Assembly (NCBI GenBank): GCA_028692635.1
Contig: JAQUWX010000004.1
Coordinates: forward strand, 1 to 57,911
Direction of reading: 5' to 3'
DNA from: Alphaproteobacteria bacterium
Lineage (GTDB): Bacteria; Pseudomonadota; Alphaproteobacteria; UBA9219
DNA: 57,911 nt
The position numbers were made by a program, and so were the translations under genes. Below are positions 51,479-57,911 of this stretch, piece after piece (within the stretch, counting starts at the first letter, position 1; the number at the start of each line of letters is the position of its first letter). Below the pieces are notes generated by a model. The model searched no databases and was not told where the DNA came from. It saw nothing but the letters and a program-made list of their open reading frames with translations.

Positions 51479-51829
51479 ATGAGCCGACCGTGGATAAGTA
51501 AGCGGACAAAGCACACAATATGGTCGGTGATAGGCGCCTGTATAGTTGGGTATTTTCTGTACCACACGATACAGGGAGACAGAGGTTGGCTCTCGATGCT
51601 GCGCCTAAAGCATGAGGTCAGCGCGTCGGAGGAAAAGCTCGAGCGTTTGCAAAAGGAGCGCAAGGAGCTGGCTCATAGGGTGCAACTGCTGAGGCCGGAG
51701 AGCATAGACCCCGATCTGCTTGAGGAAAAATCACGAGAACTTTTGAATTATTCGAAACCGAATGAAATAATAATACTAACCCCGGCTCCAGAAGCGGAAG
51801 CAAACGGAGAGAAGCAAAAGAATAAATGA
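51479..51829 (+). CDS. ftsB: Septum formation initiator (FtsB/DivIC family)
   Basis: 116 aa with an N-terminal TM followed by a coiled coil. It sits in the conserved position after eno. Confidence 0.75.
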   Translation: MSRPWISKRTKHTIWSVIGACIVGYFLYHTIQGDRGWLSMLRLKHEVSASEEKLERLQKERKELAHRVQLLRPESIDPDLLEEKSRELLNYSKPNEIIILTPAPEAEANGEKQKNK

Positions 51830-51856
51830 TTTTAAAGAAAGCGATGGAGGGATTTT

Positions 51857-52756
51857 ATGTCAGCGACCGCCACTACTGCTACGACTGATTTCTCGAAAGA
51901 TAGAATGCCGGTAAGTCCGCTCGCCAGGAGAGTGGCGGAGAAAGCTGGCATCGATATCAATCTGGTTCCGGGAACAGGCCCTAACGGTCGAATAGTCCTC
52001 ACCGATGTGGAAAAATATATCGCAAGCTTGAAGCCGAACGAAACAAAATCGGTTCAGGTCGAGCAGACGGAAGAGCCAAAAGCTCCGCCAGTTCAAGCGA
52101 AAGAAGAACCGGCTCATGAAGTTATAGATTTGCCCTTGCGGGTGGATGTTGCCGACAGGCAATCGGTTCCTGATTTCCGTTTATCTATAGATTGCGAGAT
52201 CGATGAGCTTCTTAAGTTATGCAAAAGCATGCAGGACACATATGGAGCGGAAGTTTCCATAAACGATTGCGTGGTCCGTGCGGCGGCGTTGGCAATGAGA
52301 AAAGTCCCGCGCATAAATCTTGCTTATGATGGCGATGGGGCGGTGCGCAACTCGCAAAGCGATATTGCTGTGGAGTTTGCATCTAAAGGCGCGATAAAAA
52401 GTTTTGTCCTGAAACAAGTTGAAGGCAAAACATTGCCGCAAATAGCTGCTGAGACAAAAGCAAAACTTGATAAAACGGAAAATTCAGATGCGGAGAATTG
52501 CGGGTTCGCCATATTAAGCATGAACGCTCGCGGAAGCAGGAGCCTTTCCGCTCCGGTCACTCCACCATATATATGCGTCCTCGCTACAGGAGCAGGAGAA
52601 CAACGCCCGGTAGCAAAACATGGGCGCTTGGTTGCGGCGACGGTTATGACTTTCAGCCTGTCAATCGACAGCCGTGTTATAAACGCTTTTGCCGGAAACG
52701 AATTTATGGCTACTTTAAAATCATTAATAGAACAACCATATAACTTGGTCGTATAA
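51857..52756 (+). CDS. Truncated, motif-degenerate dihydrolipoamide acyltransferase (E2)-like protein: E3-binding and catalytic-fold domains only
   Basis: PSBD-like SPLARRVAEKAGIDINLVPGTGPNGRIV and a 2-oxoacid-dehydrogenase catalytic fold (VSINDCVVRAAALAMRKVP). The canonical DHRxxDG reads DSRVINA, and there is no lipoyl domain. Confidence 0.75.
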   Translation: MSATATTATTDFSKDRMPVSPLARRVAEKAGIDINLVPGTGPNGRIVLTDVEKYIASLKPNETKSVQVEQTEEPKAPPVQAKEEPAHEVIDLPLRVDVADRQSVPDFRLSIDCEIDELLKLCKSMQDTYGAEVSINDCVVRAAALAMRKVPRINLAYDGDGAVRNSQSDIAVEFASKGAIKSFVLKQVEGKTLPQIAAETKAKLDKTENSDAENCGFAILSMNARGSRSLSAPVTPPYICVLATGAGEQRPVAKHGRLVAATVMTFSLSIDSRVINAFAGNEFMATLKSLIEQPYNLVV

Positions 52757-52776
52757 TAAGTAATTGGCGGTATAGT

Positions 52777-54165
52777 ATGACGCAACCTACAGATATTATA
52801 ATAATCGGCGGTGGCCATGCAGGCTGCTCTGCTGCGATCAGAGCCGGTCAGCTTGGAATGAAAGTGACGCTGATCGAGCGCGACCAGATTGGCGGGGCGT
52901 GCATGAACTGGGGCTCTATTTCCACGAAGGCTCTTTTAAGGTCTGTGGAAGTGCTTTCTCTTTTAAAGCGCGCAGGAGAATTCGGACTGGTTGCGAAGGG
53001 CGCGAATTTTGATTTCAAAAAGCTGGTTGAGCGTTCGCGCAAAGTCGCAACGCAAGCTGCGGCCAACATCAAACATATCGTAAAAGAACACAGAGTCGAG
53101 ATCGTCGAGGGTCAGGCGAAGTTGCTGGGCAAGGGCAAAGTCGAAGTGAGCAACGGCGGGAAGGTCGTCGCTGAATTATCGGCTCGGCACATAATCATTG
53201 CGACAGGCTCTCGCCCGATTGAGCTGCCGGGGATGGAGCCGGACGGTAAAATGATCTGGGGCTATAAGGACGCGACCAGGCCGGAGTTTCTGCCCAAGAC
53301 TATGTTAATAGTGGGGGCAGGATCAAGCGGCATAGAGTTCGCGAGTTTCTATAAAGCTCTTGGCGTTGACGTGACAGTCGTGGAAATCTCGGACAGAATT
53401 CTTCCGAACGAAGACGAGGATATATCGGCCTGCGCCCGCAAAATTTTTGAGAAGCAGGGAATAAAATTCACAACCGGAGCGACGGTAAAAAAATTCGATA
53501 AAAACGCGAAGAACGTCACTGTGACAATAGAACAGGGCGTAAGATCGACGTTAAGCACTTTCGATTGCGTGATTATGGCTATAGGCGCGGTTCCTAATAC
53601 GGAAAATATAGGGATTGAAAATACAAAGGCCAGAATTGAAAGCGGCCACATCCAGATAAGCCAATGGTGCATAACCGATGAAAGCGGAGTCTATGCTATC
53701 GGCGATGTAGTGGGGAACACGAAGCTTGCGCACAAGTCCGCTCAGGAAGGCGTAGTGTGCGTGGAGCGCATAGGCGGAGTAATCGGAGTCCACCCTGTAA
53801 GCTATGACAATATACCGTCATGCGTTCACAGCATTCCGCAGATAGCCATGGTAGGAATGACCGAAAAAGCCGCTCGATCGGCAGGTTATGGAGTAAGAAC
53901 GGGAAAGTCTTCTATATCTTCAAGCAACTATGCCGCGGCTATGGGAGAGACGGACGGACTGATAAAAACGGTCTTTGATTCAAAGACGGGATCGCTTTTA
54001 GGCGCGCACATGGTGGGCCACAATGTAAGCGAAATGATCCAGGGATACGCAATCGCTCGCTCGCTCGAAACGACAGAGCGCGAGCTGATGCAAACCATGT
54101 TTCCATGTTTCACAGTTTCAGAAATGATGCGCGAAGCGGTATTGGACGCTTATAAGAAAATCTAG
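52777..54165 (+). CDS. Dihydrolipoamide-dehydrogenase-like flavoprotein with degenerate active-site motifs
   Basis: FAD (IIIGGGHAG) and NAD (VGAGSSGIE) dinucleotide folds are present. The disulfide motif reads GGACMNWGSISTKALL (second Cys is Ser), and the C-terminal HAHPTxSE reads FPCFTVSE. Confidence 0.8.
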   Translation: MTQPTDIIIIGGGHAGCSAAIRAGQLGMKVTLIERDQIGGACMNWGSISTKALLRSVEVLSLLKRAGEFGLVAKGANFDFKKLVERSRKVATQAAANIKHIVKEHRVEIVEGQAKLLGKGKVEVSNGGKVVAELSARHIIIATGSRPIELPGMEPDGKMIWGYKDATRPEFLPKTMLIVGAGSSGIEFASFYKALGVDVTVVEISDRILPNEDEDISACARKIFEKQGIKFTTGATVKKFDKNAKNVTVTIEQGVRSTLSTFDCVIMAIGAVPNTENIGIENTKARIESGHIQISQWCITDESGVYAIGDVVGNTKLAHKSAQEGVVCVERIGGVIGVHPVSYDNIPSCVHSIPQIAMVGMTEKAARSAGYGVRTGKSSISSSNYAAAMGETDGLIKTVFDSKTGSLLGAHMVGHNVSEMIQGYAIARSLETTERELMQTMFPCFTVSEMMREAVLDAYKKI

Positions 54166-55559
54166 CCTTTAGATCTTGTCGCCGGGCGTTTTAAGAATGC
54201 CGGCAGGTTGCTTCCGAATGCGGCATGCGCAGAATGTTGCTGCTCCGGGTGAGGGCGCGATACTACGGGCGCGGCAACCGGTTTCTTATGAGTTTCCGCG
54301 ACAATGACAGGCTCAGCTGCGGCGCGATGATGATGTTCACGCGGTTTGCCTTTGTGCGGCGCATGCCTATCTTTATGTGCGTTACGATCGCTGCGACGAT
54401 GTTGCGATGGGCGATTGGTCGCTTCCGGCAAATCGGGAATAACTTCGCGTGCGATCTGCTTGTTTATCAAAAGCTCAATTGCATCTATCTGTTTCAATTC
54501 TTCGGGAGTCGTAAGCGTATACGATGTGCCGATCTTTCCTGCGCGACCTGTGCGGCCAATGCGATGCACATAATCTTCCGCGTTGAACGGAACGTCGAAA
54601 TTGAACACATGGCTTACATCGGCGATATCAAGCCCTCTGGCCGCGACATCGCTGCAAACCAGGAAGGTTATGTCTCCGCGCTTGAACTGATCCAGCGTCG
54701 CCGTGCGCCCGGATTGATCCATATCGCCATGCAATTCACCGGAATTGAACCCGTGTTTTTTCAGCGATTTATTCAAAGTGGCTACGTCGCGCTTGCGATT
54801 GCAGAATATGAACGCATTCTGCACGGACTCGCGCTTAAGGATTATGCGCAAAGCCTCGCGCTTCTGCCAGTCGTTGTCGCTGGGCAGCATGATGAGAAAC
54901 TGATTTATGTTTATCGCCGTGCTTGCCGAAGGAGCCACGGTGATTGATTTAGGATTATTCAGAAAACGGCTCGCCAATTTGCTTATCTCTGGCGGAAGAG
55001 TCGCGGAGAAGAACAGAGTTTGACGAATAGGAGGAAGCAATCCTGCGATCCTCTCAACATCGGGAATGAAACCCATATCGAGCATGCGGTCGGCTTCGTC
55101 GATCACGAAAATCTTGATGTCGTTTAAAAGAACCTTGCCGCGCTCATAAAGATCGAGCATGCGTCCAGGAGTGGCTATAAGCACATCGACTCCGCGATCG
55201 AGATTGCTGATCTGATCGGTCATAGTCTCGCCGCCGATAAGCAGGGCCATGTTCAGCTTATGATACTTGCCGTAAGTGGTAAAATTTTCTGCGACCTGAG
55301 CGGCCAGCTCACGAGTAGGCTCCAAAATAAGCGAACGCGGCATGCGAGCTCTTGCCCGGCCATTAGATAGTATCTCTATCATAGGCAGAGTGAATCCTGC
55401 CGTCTTGCCAGTGCCTGTTTGGGCGCAGCCGAGAATATCCCGCATTTGCAGGACGTAAGGAATAGCTTGTTCCTGGATTGGAGTGGGGGTGGCATATCCG
55501 ACGTCCTGAATAGCCTTGAGGATGTCTTCACTTAACCCTAAATCAGCAAAACTTGTCAC
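54162..55559 (-). CDS. DEAD-box ATP-dependent RNA helicase (RhlE-like) with basic His-rich tail
   Basis: The Q-motif region, AQTGTGKTA, DEAD, SAT and HRIGRTGRAG. Confidence 0.95.
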   Translation of the reverse strand: MTSFADLGLSEDILKAIQDVGYATPTPIQEQAIPYVLQMRDILGCAQTGTGKTAGFTLPMIEILSNGRARARMPRSLILEPTRELAAQVAENFTTYGKYHKLNMALLIGGETMTDQISNLDRGVDVLIATPGRMLDLYERGKVLLNDIKIFVIDEADRMLDMGFIPDVERIAGLLPPIRQTLFFSATLPPEISKLASRFLNNPKSITVAPSASTAININQFLIMLPSDNDWQKREALRIILKRESVQNAFIFCNRKRDVATLNKSLKKHGFNSGELHGDMDQSGRTATLDQFKRGDITFLVCSDVAARGLDIADVSHVFNFDVPFNAEDYVHRIGRTGRAGKIGTSYTLTTPEELKQIDAIELLINKQIAREVIPDLPEATNRPSQHRRSDRNAHKDRHAPHKGKPREHHHRAAAEPVIVAETHKKPVAAPVVSRPHPEQQHSAHAAFGSNLPAFLKRPATRSKG

Positions 55560-55675
55560 TTTAGAAGTAAAACTCTGTTTGTTTTTGTGTTTTCACGTGC
55601 CATCACGATGCGTCTTCATAGCAGCATTCGCACCATGAAAGCAAATCACAGTTTAAAAAAAACGATATACGCTTA

Positions 55676-55987
55676 TTATTCAGCAATATCCTTGGTCTTT
55701 TTCTCCGGGAACGGAGCGAAAGGGAAGGGTTTGTCGTCGGCTGAAAAAGTCAAAAAGCGCGTAACTTGAGCCTGATATGAGGCGAGGCAGTCGCCAAAAT
55801 CTGACAATCCACCGAAAGTGCTGCCGCTGAACAGTTTTGACAAAAACTGGAACAACGAAGTAGCAAAGGTCAGCATGATGGAGAGATAAAACGCGATACC
55901 GAACACAACAAGGTATATAAAGCGCAACCAGGTGTCTTTATCCTTAACGTGTTCTTTAAGTTGGTTATCATCCAGAAGGTTATTCAT
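55676..55987 (-). CDS. DUF4389-like small membrane protein
   Basis: WLRFIYLVVFGIAFY..., FGDCLASYQAQVTRFLTF and a PFPFAPFP tail resemble that family. Confidence 0.6.
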   Translation of the reverse strand: MNNLLDDNQLKEHVKDKDTWLRFIYLVVFGIAFYLSIMLTFATSLFQFLSKLFSGSTFGGLSDFGDCLASYQAQVTRFLTFSADDKPFPFAPFPEKKTKDIAE

Positions 55988-56214
55988 ATTAGAACCTCAT
56001 AGTGGAGAAGCGTTGGCCGAGGATAGCGTGCATTTGACAATATAGCAAATTGTTGATTTTTCATGAGTTAGCCAGGTGTAATTGTATATAGATTGTGTTC
56101 TTACCCAATTATTTCAAGTTGTTTTTTGAAAAATATATTTCCTTTAAAAGCGAGAAATCCTTCCTAAATAAAGCATGGAAGCACCGTTTAAATCCATTAA
56201 ACAGGGAGGATAAA

Positions 56215-56685
56215 ATGACATTCTTACTGAGAGCGCCCTTTGGGAATACAGGGCTAACCCGTCGCGATGACGACGCTATAACAGCTCTTCATCGTGAGAT
56301 TAATCGCGCTTTTGACGATATGTGGAGTCCTTTGTCATCGATGGCTCCTGTGCAAGCGTTGAAGCTTGATGTGAAAGAAGATGAAAAATCTTTTCACGTT
56401 ACGGCAGAACTGCCAGGGATGAGCGAGAAAGAAGTCGAAGTGACCTTTGACGATGGAATGCTTACAATTCGTGGAGAAAAGAAGATCGAGCGCAACGAAA
56501 AGAAAGACACATGGCACATAGTAGAAAGATCGTGCGGAAGCTTCATGAGGCAGCTTTCTATGCCATCCAATATAGATAACGAGAAGATCGAGGCCAGATT
56601 CGACAAAGGAGTTTTGACGATAACCATGCCGAAGCAGTCTTCAGAGCAGGCAAAAGTGAAGAAAATCGAGGTAAAAGCTGGATAA
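56215..56685 (+). CDS. Small heat-shock protein (Hsp20/alpha-crystallin family)
   Basis: Alpha-crystallin domain (DVKEDEKSFHVTAELPGMSEKEVEVTFDDGMLTIRGEK ... GVLTITMPK). GGGAGGA lies 4 nt upstream of the ATG at 56215. Confidence 0.93.
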   Translation: MTFLLRAPFGNTGLTRRDDDAITALHREINRAFDDMWSPLSSMAPVQALKLDVKEDEKSFHVTAELPGMSEKEVEVTFDDGMLTIRGEKKIERNEKKDTWHIVERSCGSFMRQLSMPSNIDNEKIEARFDKGVLTITMPKQSSEQAKVKKIEVKAG

Positions 56686-56694
56686 AATCACATA

Positions 56695-56758
56695 ATGACC
56701 ATGAAATGGTCATAGACTCGATCACTGCGCCGGATGCTATTTTTTAGGTGTCCGGCGC
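56695..56758 (+). terminator. Two hairpins downstream of hsp20, a possible terminator region
   Basis: ATGACCAT-gaa-ATGGTCAT at 56695-56713 and GCGCCGGA-N16-TCCGGCGC at 56727-56758. The U-tract is weak. Confidence 0.3.
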
Positions 56759-56962
56759 GGTAATTTTATTACTAAATTATTTCGGATGTGATACCATCTT
56801 TCAGTGTTGATAACTCGACAAAAGTTAATTCCAGAGTATGCAAAAAGTTGTCCCGTGGCTAACTACTTATTCCGACTAGAGTCCTGTGCAGAAACTATTG
56901 AAAATATAAAATTGTCTGTGGATAACTTTCTTATATGGCTGTGATTATTTATTTTTTGTGAC

Positions 56963-56976
56963 TTGATCGAGATCAA
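56963..56976. promoter_or_regulatory. Consensus FNR/CRP-family box TTGATcgagATCAA upstream of nrdD
   Basis: Perfect TTGAT-N4-ATCAA, ending 71 nt (box centre about 78 nt) upstream of the nrdD ATG. An A/T-rich -10-like region follows about 25-30 nt downstream. Confidence 0.6.
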
Positions 56977-57046
56977 ACAGATACACTACATTTTGTGGCT
57001 TTATTGTGAACATCTACTATATGTGCTCATTTTTCAGGGTTTTCTC

Positions 57047-57911
57047 ATGCTTGATAACGCTAGCGCTCGGGTATATTCTTTTCCTCATCCAACTGACAGA
57101 CACGAATCTCAGAGCGTTGCTCCGAGCATAGAGGGGACGGCCATAAATTGTACAGAAACGGTCGCCGAATATCTGTCTAAGACAGATTGGCGAATCAATG
57201 CCAACGCAAATGTCGGATACAGTCAGGCCGGGTTGATAAACAACATCGCCGGAAAGGTCATCGCCAACTATTGGTTGGATGAGATCTACAGTCCGCTTGA
57301 AGGCATGGCTCATCGTGAAGGCGATTATCATATCCATGATTTGGACAGCCTCTCTGGCTACTGCGCCGGTTGGAGCCTGCGGCAGTTGTTGAGCGAAGGT
57401 TTTAACGGCGTTGTCGGTCGCGTATCCAGCCGTCCTCCGCGCCACTTCCGCGAAGCGCTTGGGCAGATGTCCAATTTCCTCGGCATATTGCAATCGGAAT
57501 GGGCGGGAGCTCAGGCGTTCAGCTCATTCGATACTTATCTGGCTCCGTATGTATTCGTGGACCAGTTGAACGATCGCGAGATTCGTAAAGCTATTCGCCA
57601 GTTTGTGTATAATCTGAACGTTCCTGCTCGTTGGGGGCAATCGCCTTTCACGAACATTACGTTCGATATCAATGTTCCTCCCGATCTACAGGTTCAACAG
57701 CCTATGGCTCTGGGCGAGCATCTTTTTGCCGATCTGCATGATCGTGAGTTGCTCCGCGTCGCTCAACAACGTCGCTCTGAGATTAAACAACTGACAGACA
57801 TGACCTATGCCGACTTTGCCCCTGAAATGGAGCAGATCATTCTGGCATATTACGATGTCATGACCGACGGAGACAGCACCGGCCAACCGTTCACGTTCCC
57901 AATTCCGACCG
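57047..57911 (+). CDS. nrdD: Anaerobic ribonucleoside-triphosphate reductase (class III), 5' part. Continues past the window edge and is absent from the ORF track.
   Basis: My translation from the ATG at 57047 is open to the end of the window. It contains REGDYHIHDLD, YCAGWSL, QSEWAGAQAFSSFDTYLAPY, NLNVPARWGQSPFTNITFD and GQPFTFPIPT, all characteristic NrdD blocks. Confidence 0.9.
   Translation, partial: MLDNASARVYSFPHPTDRHESQSVAPSIEGTAINCTETVAEYLSKTDWRINANANVGYSQAGLINNIAGKVIANYWLDEIYSPLEGMAHREGDYHIHDLDSLSGYCAGWSLRQLLSEGFNGVVGRVSSRPPRHFREALGQMSNFLGILQSEWAGAQAFSSFDTYLAPYVFVDQLNDREIRKAIRQFVYNLNVPARWGQSPFTNITFDINVPPDLQVQQPMALGEHLFADLHDRELLRVAQQRRSEIKQLTDMTYADFAPEMEQIILAYYDVMTDGDSTGQPFTFPIPT

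Noticed and set aside
57017-57493. 158-aa - strand ORF listed in the track
   Set aside because: The + strand encodes conserved NrdD blocks across the same interval, so the - strand ORF is a shadow.

Overview
This 57.9-kb bacterial chromosomal window has an accessory left part (about 1-27 kb). It starts with a large type I-C CRISPR array of 45 apparently identical repeats that continues past the left edge. Next is a complete cas3-cas5-cas8c-cas7-cas4-cas1-cas2 operon on the - strand. A 10-kb cluster of arginine/guanidino-type enzymes follows: an ODC-like decarboxylase, an M20 hydrolase, a divergent ArgG, an orphan 287-aa protein, two guanidino-group-modifying enzymes, a GCS2-type ligase and ArgH. 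After that comes a 6-kb block with three paralogous ~220-aa XRE-family regulators, each paired with small acidic orphan ORFs or a DUF2156-like transferase. The accessory part ends with a small HTH/TM-peptide pair around a perfect 22-bp palindrome and tRNA-Glu(CUC). The right part carries a NuoE/NuoF/HydA [FeFe]-hydrogenase trio, a hybrid sensor kinase, a GGDEF protein, an orphan EncFtn-like ferritin and housekeeping genes. Their order (atpGDC, trpE-ppiD/tpiA, secG-pyrG, ribA-ribD, eno-ftsB-pdhC-lpdA) looks alphaproteobacterial; this is inferred from synteny only. The pdh locus looks decayed: the E1 genes are absent and the catalytic motifs of E2 and E3 are degenerate. With the hydrogenase and a partial class III ribonucleotide reductase gene (nrdD, not in the ORF track) behind a consensus FNR box, this suggests an anaerobic or microaerobic lifestyle. 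I saw no transposase, integrase, rRNA or prophage structural genes. The best candidates for something undescribed are the arginine-chemistry cluster and the XRE/small-acidic-ORF cassettes next to CRISPR-Cas. All functional calls come from motif recognition by eye, not from database searches.
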